Assembly: GCA_963555825.3 (NCBI GenBank)
Contig: CAUVXB020000002.1
Location: 576,001-640,000, forward strand
Length of the DNA stretch: 64,000 nt
Direction of reading: 5' to 3'
Origin: Alphaproteobacteria bacterium
GTDB taxonomy: Bacteria > Pseudomonadota > Alphaproteobacteria > JAAXGF01
Shown here: positions 32,301 to 41,611 of the stretch, piece after piece
How the letters are laid out: each line of letters starts with the position of its first letter
How positions within the stretch are numbered: position 1 is the first letter of the stretch
Translations under genes and position numbers: made by a program
The notes under the pieces: model-generated
What the model was told of the DNA's origin: nothing
The model's input: only the letters and a program-made list of their open reading frames with translations
Databases searched by the model: none

Positions 32301-33725
32301 CGCGAGCGCACCCGCACGCAAGGCGATACCGTGGCGCTTGGGCCTGCTTACCAGGAGACGCTAACCCGTCACTCGGCACTGCTTAAACAGGCCGCGGCCT
32401 TCCGCGCCCGGCCGGCCGACTTCGCCTCCCTGCTGGCAGAACGCGGCGGTATCGGGCGCAGGGATCTCGACGCCTTCGAGGATCTCCATACACGGGCGCG
32501 ACGCCACCGGCGCGCGGCCACGATGCGCTACGTGCATCGGATCAAACGGGAGGCTGAACAAGGGCCGGAACAGCAACCTGGGCCGGAGTTGCGGCAAGGC
32601 GAGCTGCCTCTGGAGGACGATCATGCCGCGCTGGACGGGCGTGCCGAAGCGGTGGAGCGGACCGCGACGACAGCGCCATCCCGCAGTCCTGCCGCGACGA
32701 CAGCCGATGCGGGGGCGCCCGCAACAGACGCGGAAACCGCAAAGCCGGACTGGGTGGAGCCTTACGAAGCCTTGCGGCGGGATTGGAACAGCCTGATCGA
32801 AAGGGTTCAACAAACCGGGGAACCCATATTCTACGCTAAGGGGTATGCGGACATGATGCCGCGCATGCAGGCGCTCGAGGATAACCGGGATATCCCGGCC
32901 GAGACACGGGCACCGATGATCCGGGCGCTCGAAAATCACCAACGGGATCTCTCGGCGCGGAAATACGTCGCGGACTATCTTGACGCGGCCGAACGGCACA
33001 TGGGCAATTTCGCCGGCCTTCAAAGCGCGGCGGAGAGCCCCGATATTCCGATCGCCAAGGTACCGGATCATCCGGATTGGAGGCAGGAAGCGGAGCGCCT
33101 GGCGGCGGCGGGTGAGGCCATTCTCTCGGACAAGGAGGCCTACGGTGTGCATCTCGATCACATCCTGATCGGCGATACACGCATCAAATGGGTGCTCTCG
33201 GACCTTCGCGAGGCGATCCGGCGGGACAGCGCCGCCATCCGCGAGAACGCCGTAACAGAAACCCGGGAGCGCCCTTCCCCGGTGCCAACGCCCGAAGAGA
33301 GCGCCCGCGAAGCTCAAAGCAAGGTCCACGAGTTCCGCCGGCTTCAGTCGGCCGCCTACCATGCATCGGGGGACGAGCGCAAAGCGGCGCAGAAGGCGTT
33401 CGACGAATATCGAGCGCGCGAGTCCAAACACTACACCACGTCCGGGGAAGACCGCCGCCACGCCCGCGACATACATGAAGAGACCCGACAACAGCCCTCC
33501 TCGCCGCAAACGGACGAGGAGCGCAGGCGCGAAGCCCAAAGCAAGGCCCACGAGTTCCGCCGGCTTCAATCGGCCGCGTACAACGCAACGGGGGACGAGC
33601 GCATAGCGGCACAGAAGGCGTTCGACGACTATCGCGAGCGCGAGTTCAAAAAGAACGAGAAGCACGAGGAGAAGAAGCGCCAGACCCGCAAGAAGTCCAA
33701 GGGCCTGAGAATGCGCCTGCAGTAA
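29304..33725 (+). CDS. traA: MOB-F relaxase-helicase copy 2 (intact)
   Basis: YY/YY tyrosines, DPQLHTH HUH motif, RecD-like helicase motifs, HGYALTITSAQG. Confidence 0.95.
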   Translation: MVATLAQAASAAYYLESQRSFRHPNEYYTAGEEPDGVWFNPKGLFGLADDGKVDSSDFHRLYNGFAPNTGGKLTQNAGSERRSAGLDMTFSADKSVSALWAVADPELRSEIERAHNDAARVALEETVLRHCGYTRVRNRDGGIEVLPADISAAMFQHGTSRDNDPQLHTHCVIFNAARTHRDGKYRALHQHPVYTWMKAAGAVYRNALAWSLRDRLGVRMEQYGRDGEFTRIAGMPEDLIGHWSKRRAAIIEAAREMGFTVEGNAPRAAAANKITRAGKSPDNDPEIRHGRWRGEAEGYVEREALIASLLGKAEEITQEHIRALTEVLEDLPYRLTREEAVFRLPDIVERVGNATAGLLNHEAVATSIERVLLSPEVVRLTRAPRSAEGRADMAHTRLYSTRHNLQMELEVRDMAAGMAADTGHSLSAQAIENKVTGLLAAGYPLSEEQIQAIRAVTSSSGRVAIIEGAAGSGKTTTLRPIADLYREHGQSIIATAVAWRTAVALGNDVDARPFCVDKLLRLAARGGIEIDGDTTIIVDEAGMLSTRQAHHILQLSERHGAKIVFAGDTQQQQPVEAGPGLRLVRDAVGSVRVDRIRRQKADLEDILVHVHGENPEAARLRTGMMGEQERTRIVAEYEAMEDKPAFTPWQVAASEALRDGDAASAIAAHHARGRFHIGYDEEKTLTGLVDDWDRYQREHPDKSSVVLARTRAEVRALSYLMRERRFAALPDGERPDTDRVTVIVSRGTEDERTTSPLEIARGDRLRIGATHWEKQLFNGTVVTVDDFKVERGEAGTEPSVLISARTEDGREVIFRHDEIRDWFGNIRLDHGYALTITSAQGLTVDRTFLLADARPARETIYPAATRHREGLDIYVNRAPLVLDIADRRADNDREIAVTDTEIRAYLAERWSRSQPKEAALDYMANGIWEDRRENVREDRSRSSGETQGGAGDIRAAANDNALARIARDIRRTAFGWRHAQAVSTFAAGRAEILAAYDDLRERTRTQGDTVALGPAYQETLTRHSALLKQAAAFRARPADFASLLAERGGIGRRDLDAFEDLHTRARRHRRAATMRYVHRIKREAEQGPEQQPGPELRQGELPLEDDHAALDGRAEAVERTATTAPSRSPAATTADAGAPATDAETAKPDWVEPYEALRRDWNSLIERVQQTGEPIFYAKGYADMMPRMQALEDNRDIPAETRAPMIRALENHQRDLSARKYVADYLDAAERHMGNFAGLQSAAESPDIPIAKVPDHPDWRQEAERLAAAGEAILSDKEAYGVHLDHILIGDTRIKWVLSDLREAIRRDSAAIRENAVTETRERPSPVPTPEESAREAQSKVHEFRRLQSAAYHASGDERKAAQKAFDEYRARESKHYTTSGEDRRHARDIHEETRQQPSSPQTDEERRREAQSKAHEFRRLQSAAYNATGDERIAAQKAFDDYREREFKKNEKHEEKKRQTRKKSKGLRMRLQ

Positions 33726-33957
33726 GCCGCGCGGTTGGCTGGACCGGCGCCCTCTCTCCTCGACCTCATGGGCAATGGCGCGTCCTCACGGCATCGAACG
33801 CGGTGAGAGGTGCCATTTTGAGTGCCGGGTTCTAATCTGGAGGCACTCAACCGAACCGCAAACGGGCCGATGCGGTCCCTGGCGGAAGGAACGTTCGGAT
33901 CGGGACAGCCCTCAACACGCCGCACAATCTTGACAACCAGTGTTGTTTGTTTATGTT

Positions 33958-34407
33958 ATGTCCGTGTCAACACCGAGGGCCGCCTCCTTGCAGCGTTTCA
34001 CCGATCAGCCCTCCGACCTCGCCCTGCCGCTCTACGGCTCCAGGGTACCCGCCGGATTTCCAAGCCCCGCCGACGACCATATCGAGGGCAAGCTTGATCT
34101 CAATCTGCATCTGATCCGCCGCCCGGCGGCGACCTTTTTCATCCGCGCGCAGGGCGAATCCATGCGCGATGCCGGAATATTCGACGGCGACCTTCTCGTT
34201 GTCGACCGCGCCATCGCGCCCCAGGCCGGCGATATCGTCATCGCCGTCCTGCATGGCGATCTGACGGTCAAACGCCTGAGAAAGAGCAATGGCGCCCTGA
34301 TCCTCTACGCCGAGAATCCGGATTTTCCCGATATCGCCCTCGACGATGCCGGTTGCGAGGCCTGGGGCGTCGTTACCCACAGCATCCGCCGGCACTGCGC
34401 GCGTTAG
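33958..34407 (+). CDS. umuD: DNA polymerase V autoproteolytic subunit
   Basis: [18 protein letters not shown]. Confidence 0.93.
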   Translation: MSVSTPRAASLQRFTDQPSDLALPLYGSRVPAGFPSPADDHIEGKLDLNLHLIRRPAATFFIRAQGESMRDAGIFDGDLLVVDRAIAPQAGDIVIAVLHGDLTVKRLRKSNGALILYAENPDFPDIALDDAGCEAWGVVTHSIRRHCAR

Positions 34408-34411
34408 GTCC

Positions 34412-35731
34412 ATGGCCACGATCGGCCTGGTCGATTGCAACAACTTCTATGCCTCGTGCGAGCGGGTGTTCCAACCTTCGCTCGCCGGCCGCCCCATCGT
34501 CGTGCTGTCCAACAACGATGGCTGCATCGTCGCCCGCTCCCAGGAGGCCAAGGCGCTCGGCATCGCCATGGGCGTCCCGCTGTTCCAGGCGAAGCGCCTC
34601 GTCGAACGCCACGATGTCACGGTGCTGTCCTCGAACTACGCGCTCTATGGCGACCTGTCGGAACGGGTGATGAGCATTCTGGCCGCCGAGGCGCCGCGCA
34701 TCGAGGTCTACAGTATCGACGAGAGTTTCCTCGATCTCGACCGCCTTGCGGTTCCCGACCCGGCCCGGTGGTGCCACGATCTTCGCACCCGGATCCGCCG
34801 CTGGACCGGCATCCCGGTATCGATAGGGATCGGTCCGACCAAGACCCTGGCCAAGATCGCCAACAGGATCGCGAAAAGCGCGCCACGGACGGGAGGGGTT
34901 CTTGACCTGTCGGGCAACCCCGCCTGGATCGGCCCGGCACTCGCCAGAACCGCCGCGGGCGATGTCTGGGGCATAGGCAGCCGCTGGTCGAGGATGCTGG
35001 CCGGGCGCGGGATCGGGACCGCGCTGGACCTGCGCGATGCGCCCGATGGCTGGGTGCGCCAGCGCATGGGCGTGACCGGGCTCAGAACGGTGCACGAGCT
35101 GCGCGGCATCGCCTGTCATGAACTGGAGACACAGCCCGCCGCGAAACAGACCACCTGCTGTTCGCGAAGCTTCAGCCGGGCCATTAGCGATAGGGAGCAG
35201 GTTCGCGATGCCATCGTATCCTTCGCGGAAAGGACGGCGGAGAAAATCCGCCGGGCCGATCAGGTCTGCGGCAATCTTCAGGTATCCATCGCGACCGACA
35301 GTTTCGATACCGCCGCCCCGCAATATACGACCGCCGCATCGGCAGCGTTCCCGGCGCCAACCGCCGACAGCCGCGTTATCGTCGCGGCGGCGTTGCGAAT
35401 ATTCGAGCACCTCTGGCGCGAGGGCTTTGCCTACCGCAAGGCCGGCGTGATGCTCCTTGACCTGTCGCCGGCCGGCGATGCGGTTGGATCGCTGTTTGAG
35501 GACGGGCCGTCGGAGAACGGCCGCTTGATGCAGGCGGTGGATCGGATCAACGGGCGGTTCGGGCGGGGCTCGATCGGCCTCGGTCTCGCGGCCAGAACTG
35601 CGGAGTGGCGGATGCGCCAGGAACGCCTTTCCCCGCGCTACACCACCCGATGGCGGGAGCTGGCGGCGGCGAACACTGGACCGGTCACGCCGCACGCCGA
35701 AGCCGTTAAATCCGGCATTCCGCCACTATGA
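34412..35731 (+). CDS. umuC: Y-family DNA polymerase V catalytic subunit
   Basis: [35 protein letters not shown]. Confidence 0.95.
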   Translation: MATIGLVDCNNFYASCERVFQPSLAGRPIVVLSNNDGCIVARSQEAKALGIAMGVPLFQAKRLVERHDVTVLSSNYALYGDLSERVMSILAAEAPRIEVYSIDESFLDLDRLAVPDPARWCHDLRTRIRRWTGIPVSIGIGPTKTLAKIANRIAKSAPRTGGVLDLSGNPAWIGPALARTAAGDVWGIGSRWSRMLAGRGIGTALDLRDAPDGWVRQRMGVTGLRTVHELRGIACHELETQPAAKQTTCCSRSFSRAISDREQVRDAIVSFAERTAEKIRRADQVCGNLQVSIATDSFDTAAPQYTTAASAAFPAPTADSRVIVAAALRIFEHLWREGFAYRKAGVMLLDLSPAGDAVGSLFEDGPSENGRLMQAVDRINGRFGRGSIGLGLAARTAEWRMRQERLSPRYTTRWRELAAANTGPVTPHAEAVKSGIPPL

Positions 35732-35771
35732 GGAAAACCGTTCCAGGATTGAAACTGCGGCGGGAAGAAGT

Positions 35772-35904
35772 TCATCGTTGCGCTGCATCTATCCGCCGCG
35801 CGAACGCGCTGCCGCCGCCCATGGTGACACGCAGCCCGTCATGATTCTTCAGGTAGCGCGCCAAGGGCTCGCGGATATCCCGGTGATCATCGGCCACGGG
35901 AACG
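35772..35904 (-). pseudogene. Degenerate response-regulator receiver remnant hit by IS256
   Basis: VADDHRDIREPLARYLKNHDGLRVT; divergent from the EF-hand gene. Confidence 0.5.
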
Positions 35905-37342
35905 GGGGATGTCCCGGTATTTGTTGAAACTTTGAATTAGGGTGGCGTTGCTTCCCCTGAGCCGTAGGCTCGGGGTGCTTAAACCAAGAAAGGAAGCAAC
36001 ACCATGAAGACGACTACCACATCCGCGACCGCGCTGGCCAGTGCGGCGAATGTTCACGCCCTTGTTAAAGAGGCCTTTGACGCGGTCGGGGCGAGCTTTG
36101 AGCGGTTCTGCCTGATGGCTGGCATTGAAAGCCTGACACAGATGCTGGGAGAAGACGTGGACACGCTTGCGGGTGGGCGATATGAGCACCGTCCAGACAA
36201 GCCTGGCTACCGATGGGGTCAGGCCAAGGCGCAGGTTGGGTTCCATGGGGGCAAGATCGAAGTTGATCGCCCGCGTGTCCGCAACAAGGCGACGGGTAAA
36301 GAGATGACGCTGCCGAGTTGGGAAGAGATTGCCGCTGGCGGCTTTCTCGATCAGTGGGCCGTGAACCTGATGGTGATGAACGTCGCGACCCGACAATTTG
36401 GCCGGGCGGTGCGCCTGCCGGAAGCCCGGGTTCCGGCACAAGTTGGCAGCGGGCTTTCAAAGTCTGCGGTCTCACGTCGCTTCAAGGCCCTGACGCAGGC
36501 GCATTTCAATGATTGGATGGGGTCCGATCTGTCCGAGCACGACATCATTGCGATCCAGATCGACGGACTGCATCTGGACGATCGCCTATTGATGATCGGA
36601 GCCGTCGGCATTGACGTTTTGGGGGAAAAGCACCCTCTGGGCGTCATTGAGGGGGCCACAGAGAACACCGCTACCGTGCAGGCCCTGCTCGATAACCTGA
36701 TTGAGCGCGGCCTTGATCCGGAGGGCTGTTACCTCTTCATCGTGGACGGTGCCAAAGCGCTCACCAAGGCCATCCGGCGTACCTTCGGCGCAGACATCCC
36801 CATTCAGCGTTGCCAGATCCACAAGGCTCGCAACATTACCGACAGGCTCGACCCGAAGCATCACGCAGCTGTGCGACGTGCTCTGAAGCAGGCATGGGAA
36901 CTGGATGACGCCGACAAGGCTGAGCGCTTGATGCGCAATCTGGCGCGGAGGCTGGAGATGGAAGCGCCGGATGTGTCGAAATCGATCCTCGAAGGCATCG
37001 ATGAAATCCTGACTGTCGTCAGACTTGGCCTTCCGTTGGAATTGCGGCGCTCACTGGCCAGTACCAACATCATTGAATCCATGAACAGCGTTATCCGCCG
37101 CGTCTGCCGAAATGTGAAGCGCTGGCGGGATGCAAAAATGGCCTTGCGCTGGACTTCCGCCGGGATGTTCGAAGCGCAGAAAGGCTTTCGCCGCATCAAA
37201 GCATACAAGCAACTGCCCATTCTCAAGCAAGCTCTCATCGATCACCGCGAAAAAGCCAAACTTGACCAGTTGAAGGACGCAGCATAACCTCCCATCAAGC
37301 AGCGCCGCTCAGGCGAGTTTCAACACAGACTGGGACATTCCC
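35905..37342 (+). mobile_element. IS256-family element (type B)
   Basis: IRs GGGGATGTCCC / GGGACATTCCC; 8-bp TSD CGGGAACG. Confidence 0.95.
36004..37287 (+). CDS. IS256-family transposase
   Basis: QIDG, VDGAKAL, QRCQIHK, STNIIES. Confidence 0.95.
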   Translation: MKTTTTSATALASAANVHALVKEAFDAVGASFERFCLMAGIESLTQMLGEDVDTLAGGRYEHRPDKPGYRWGQAKAQVGFHGGKIEVDRPRVRNKATGKEMTLPSWEEIAAGGFLDQWAVNLMVMNVATRQFGRAVRLPEARVPAQVGSGLSKSAVSRRFKALTQAHFNDWMGSDLSEHDIIAIQIDGLHLDDRLLMIGAVGIDVLGEKHPLGVIEGATENTATVQALLDNLIERGLDPEGCYLFIVDGAKALTKAIRRTFGADIPIQRCQIHKARNITDRLDPKHHAAVRRALKQAWELDDADKAERLMRNLARRLEMEAPDVSKSILEGIDEILTVVRLGLPLELRRSLASTNIIESMNSVIRRVCRNVKRWRDAKMALRWTSAGMFEAQKGFRRIKAYKQLPILKQALIDHREKAKLDQLKDAA

Positions 37343-37535
37343 CGGGAACGACGGTGACGCTTCAATAGCCAACGGCTAACGAGAGCCTCGCCCAAACGCA
37401 GGCAAAGAGCGTAACAAAGTTTGCCGGTTCCCCGATTGTCCAACTCGCGCAACACAAAGTGCGCGGATGCACATAGTTTTTGCGGCAAACGCTACCTATA
37501 TTTGGGTCATAGACATTCGACGCAGGAGCATATCC

Positions 37536-38020
37536 ATGAGAACGAGAACGAAGGGCTGATCGGAATAGGCATCGCCGCGGCTATCGGCGGCATCGCACTC
37601 GCGGGCGCGAGCTACGCGGAACGCGGTCATGGCGGCATGGGTTTTTTCGCCAAAGGACAGTTCGCACTCATGGCGATGGAAATAATCGATTCCATCGACA
37701 CCGACGGTGACGGCAAGCTCAGCCAGGCGGAGATCGACAAGGTGCGCGATGACCGTCATGCGGCCCACGATGGCGACAGCGACGGCAACCTCAGCCTCGA
37801 TGAATTCGCCGGCGTCTGGCATGAAACCACGCGCCCGCTCACCGTGCGCGCCTTCCAGATGCTGGATACGGACGGCAACGCTGTCATCTCGCGCGCGGAG
37901 TACGACAGGCCGTTGGCCAACATCGTCGAGCGGCTGGACCGCAACGACGACGGCAGGCTGTCGATGAGTGACCGGTGGCGCCACCGCCGGGGGCCGCAAA
38001 AGCGTAACAACGCCAATTAG
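37536..38020 (+). CDS. Secreted EF-hand calcium-binding protein (apparent 1-bp frameshift after MRTRTK)
   Basis: Four DxDxDG loops; signal peptide; RBS AGGAG before ATG 37536, which is out of frame by one base. Confidence 0.8.
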
Positions 38021-38199
38021 GCGGCATGCGCCGGCCCTCCAGGTGCGGGCTATTGCCTCCCGTAGCCCACACCGCCAGCCATCGGCTCTTGCACCGAACG
38101 CAACATCAATACGATTTCGGACAATCGATTGCGGCCGATTGCGGCCGATTGCGGATACTTCCGGCCTGACCGGCAACGCCAATAACCCTGGAGGTTCAA

Positions 38200-38649
38200 A
38201 TGTTCGGCAATCCCTCGTTGAACACCCGCATCGCCGTCGGCAAAACGCTCGGCGCCCTGTTCGGCCTTGCGGGATTTATCTACCTCACTGTCTATCCGGT
38301 CGGCGATGACAGCCTGCTGCGCTGGGGAATATTGCTCTGGTACACAACGCTGGGCGCGATCATCGGCGTGTTCGGCGTCTACACGCGGCACCCCATCTTG
38401 AGAGTGCCGATGCCGTGGTGGTTTCTTGCGCCTCTTTTGGGGGCGTGGATGAACTTCGTGCTGACGTTCTTTGCCTACGACACGCTGGCCGCCGCCATGG
38501 CGTCCGTGTTCGGTCCGGAGGGCATCTTGTCTTCCCCGTTCTGGTTTGTCGCCGAGGGCGCCATCGCCGGGCTCGTCATCGGCTTCGCCGCCACACGGTT
38601 CGGTGGCGAGGGACCCGAGACCGTTGCCCAAACCGCGGCCGTCCGGTAA
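38200..38649 (+). CDS. Hypothetical 4-TM membrane protein
   Basis: RBS GGAGG, four hydrophobic segments. Confidence 0.75.
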   Translation: MFGNPSLNTRIAVGKTLGALFGLAGFIYLTVYPVGDDSLLRWGILLWYTTLGAIIGVFGVYTRHPILRVPMPWWFLAPLLGAWMNFVLTFFAYDTLAAAMASVFGPEGILSSPFWFVAEGAIAGLVIGFAATRFGGEGPETVAQTAAVR

Positions 38650-38731
38650 ATCGGCGACCACTCGCGCCGCTCTGCCAGGGCAACGCGTTTGTAACGTGAA
38701 CGAGGAAAACGCGGCCGGTTTTGCCGGGCCG

Positions 38732-39514
38732 TCAAGGCGCGCGAACGGGAAACCTGCACTCGATCGCCTTGTTCTTCCGTCTCGCATCCTCCGCGCAATC
38801 GACGATCGTGCGGCCGTAGTTCTGCCAGATGTGGGCGCTCCAGCCGCTGGTCGGATCGTGGAGCGGCACGATCTGGAATTGTTGCTCAAGCAGCACACCG
38901 AGCATAAAGAAGGCGGGTACGGCGACGGCCAGCGCGAGCGCCGACAATCGAAAGCGATACCGGCGCTGCGTGTCTGCCCAGCGGTGGAAGTCGGCCGTGA
39001 CTTTCCGATTATTGTCCTCGACACATTTCGCGGTTTCGCCTGTTGCGGCTTCCCGCGCAGCCAGCACCTTATCGAGCGCGGCTCCGGTTTTCTCCGCCCC
39101 GGACGCGAACTTCTCCATGGCAAGGGTAAGCTCGTCGACTTTCCCACTTAGCTCGACCAAATTAACGCCCGGTTCCTTGCCGAGGCGCGCGCAAATGCGG
39201 CGCGTCAGATCAAGGACGTTTGCAAGTGTTGCGATTTCATCGGCCGGGACGCGTTCCGGATCGGGGTCGCCCCCAGTACCGCCGCCCGGCAGATCCTTCG
39301 CGCCATCACTTCCGGCTGGCTGAGATGGATCGCCCGTGTTCGCCACGAGGCTCTCCGATGCTGTCTCCCCGCGATCCTCACCCGGGACTTCCCCGGCGGG
39401 CGCCGCGCTTCTCGGAGCGCCAATTGCCGAAGCGCGTGTCCATCCGGCGGGCCTTAATGCTTCATTGGCCCCAGGATCGCGATTGCCTGCCAATTGTTCA
39501 AGTTTCTCCGTCAT
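38732..39514 (-). CDS. Hypothetical coiled-coil/single-TM protein translationally coupled to the coupling protein
   Basis: ATGA overlap at 39511-39514; TM ALALAVAVPAFFMLGVLL; C-terminal Cys pair. Confidence 0.7.
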   Translation of the reverse strand: MTEKLEQLAGNRDPGANEALRPAGWTRASAIGAPRSAAPAGEVPGEDRGETASESLVANTGDPSQPAGSDGAKDLPGGGTGGDPDPERVPADEIATLANVLDLTRRICARLGKEPGVNLVELSGKVDELTLAMEKFASGAEKTGAALDKVLAAREAATGETAKCVEDNNRKVTADFHRWADTQRRYRFRLSALALAVAVPAFFMLGVLLEQQFQIVPLHDPTSGWSAHIWQNYGRTIVDCAEDARRKNKAIECRFPVRAP

Positions 39515-41493
39515 AACGCTTTTCCTCCAAAGGGCAGTTTGAATTGCGGCCACAATCTCTTTTCGTAGCCTTCCGCGGCGCGTTGCTTGCGGATGACGAA
39601 CGGATTGGGATCTGCAAGGTTGCGGGAATCCCAGCGGTGCCAGTAGCGCGCGTGGTGGAGATGGAGTGCATCGCGCGGCATGTCCTTGGGCGAGGCGATG
39701 ACGTATTGGTGGTCGGGGCCAAGCGTCATGAGTTCGTCGGGGGTGATCAGGCGCTCGCGCACCAGGGCGCGGGAATCGCCGGCCTGCCATTGCGTGTTGG
39801 CGGTGACGATTCGGTTCTCGGCGATGGTGCCGGAACGGTTCTCGGTCCGGGCCTCGTAGGTGGCGGTGCCGATGGCCTTGGAGAGTTCCTCCGCGCCCTC
39901 GGCGTCGGTGCGCGGAAAGCCCAGGATCTGGACCAGTTCGGCGAGATGCAGGAGGGTCTTGCGGGGCTCCTTGCCCCAGCTCGAATCGAGCGCCGAGATG
40001 GACTGGGCGAAGCACCAGAAGTGAACGCCCTTGCCGGCGGCCATGGTGTAGCCGTCCATGACCGGCTTGAGGTAGCCGAGCCGCGGCATCTCGTCGATGA
40101 CGATCAGCAGGTCGCGCTCAAGCGGCTTTATACCTGCGACGGCGTTGGGGATGGCGACCCACAGGCGCAGCCAGCCCTTGACGTGCTCGATGGTCTCTTC
40201 CGGCGCAACGACGAACAAGTCGGTATTGCCCTCCGCCAGATCCAAGGGATCGAAGCTGGAGGTTTGCGTATGGGCGAGCAATTCAGGGTAGTTCAGGAAG
40301 GCGAGCTGGTTGGCGATGGTCATGAAATTGCTGCCGCCTTCCTCATCGCCGACCTGGGCCTGGCGCTCAACCGCGATATGGGTGAGCCCGCCGGCAAAGC
40401 GGTCCATTGAGGCCACCCCCTCGGCAAAATCATCCCGTTCCTTCGGTGGCATCGAGAGCATCTCGTAAAGGGTGGACAGGTTTTGCCTCTCGGCCGGTTC
40501 CTGGAAACGGACCCATGCCATGTAACCCGCGACGATAGCGCGCGCGGACTCATAGAAATGCTTGCCGGCGTTATGAGCATCAGGACGCGGCGGCGTGAGC
40601 AGAGCGTCCAGGAGGACATAGATGTCGCGCACGGCGAGGCTTTCATCGTCTCGAATGAAGTCGAGCGGGTTGTAGAGCACGCTTTCGACATCCGGCAGAT
40701 GGGTTTCGTTGAACTTCTTGTGCTTGGCCACCACCCCGAAGGGATCGATCAGCAGAGCCCGGCGGCCCAACTCGCGCCTGCGCCGCGCGGCGATGCACCA
40801 GAGCTCGCCGCGCGGGTCTATGGTGACCGTCGATCCCTGGAACCCCCGGTCGCCGGGCGACAGCAGGTTAAGGGCGATGAGAGCGCCCTTGCCGACGCGG
40901 GGCGGCGCCACGGTGATGGCGGAGCCTTCCAGGGACCAGCCGATCAGCTTGGCGTTGCGGCCCGCGCCCCACTGGCCGAGCAGGATGCCCCGGCGTTTGG
41001 CCAGGCGGCGCAGAAACCTTCGGCCGAGCAGCTTCGACTTGCCATAAAGATCGGACTCGGCCCGCTGCCGCCGCTTGCCGCTCTCCAGGTATTTGAAGCT
41101 GTCGATCAGGACCTCGAACCACAGCATGAAAGAAATCGCGAAGCCCGGTGGCGGCACGGCGATCAAGGCCAGTTCATAGCCGCTCAGACGCGTGAGCCGG
41201 TCGACGAAGCCCGGGAAGGATGAGGCCTCGAGCACGGGACGGACGATCTCCATCCAGACCGACGCGGCGCAGATCATCATTGCGGCCCCGTAGAGCCCGA
41301 AACGGACCCAGGCGCCCTTCTCCTGGCGGCCGGTGGCAAAGTAGGCCAGCAGTACCAGGGTAAGAACGGCGCCGAGAATGGCGAGGCTGATATGGGAGGA
41401 GCGGAGACGCTCCAGCAGGTAGGCTGAACAGCCGGCGCCCGCGGCAAGCAGCAGGACAGAGATGCAGATCGGCAGGAAACGCACAGGTTTCAA
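39511..41493 (-). CDS. virD4: Type IV coupling protein, VirD4/TraG family
   Basis: N-terminal TMs; APPRVGKG Walker A, IDPRGEL, YNPLD, VIDEMPRLG, ERLITPDE. Confidence 0.9.
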   Translation of the reverse strand: MKPVRFLPICISVLLLAAGAGCSAYLLERLRSSHISLAILGAVLTLVLLAYFATGRQEKGAWVRFGLYGAAMMICAASVWMEIVRPVLEASSFPGFVDRLTRLSGYELALIAVPPPGFAISFMLWFEVLIDSFKYLESGKRRQRAESDLYGKSKLLGRRFLRRLAKRRGILLGQWGAGRNAKLIGWSLEGSAITVAPPRVGKGALIALNLLSPGDRGFQGSTVTIDPRGELWCIAARRRRELGRRALLIDPFGVVAKHKKFNETHLPDVESVLYNPLDFIRDDESLAVRDIYVLLDALLTPPRPDAHNAGKHFYESARAIVAGYMAWVRFQEPAERQNLSTLYEMLSMPPKERDDFAEGVASMDRFAGGLTHIAVERQAQVGDEEGGSNFMTIANQLAFLNYPELLAHTQTSSFDPLDLAEGNTDLFVVAPEETIEHVKGWLRLWVAIPNAVAGIKPLERDLLIVIDEMPRLGYLKPVMDGYTMAAGKGVHFWCFAQSISALDSSWGKEPRKTLLHLAELVQILGFPRTDAEGAEELSKAIGTATYEARTENRSGTIAENRIVTANTQWQAGDSRALVRERLITPDELMTLGPDHQYVIASPKDMPRDALHLHHARYWHRWDSRNLADPNPFVIRKQRAAEGYEKRLWPQFKLPFGGKAL

Positions 41494-41611
41494 ACTCCTT
41501 CATTGGTTGCAGGCGTAATTCCAGACCGATCCGGAGGGCGTTCGTCGACGCCTCCGATCCGGCATCGCCCGCCGTGTGTTGCGGTATGGATATTTCGATC
41601 TGTGTGAATCA

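Noticed and set aside
33925-33960. LexA box upstream of umuD
   Set aside because: GTT-rich tract does not fit GTTC-N7-GTTC convincingly
37536-37560. Programmed frameshift in the EF-hand gene
   Set aside because: One missing G in a short run; with similar 1-bp deletions near 22877, 28755 and 49284, error or decay is more likely
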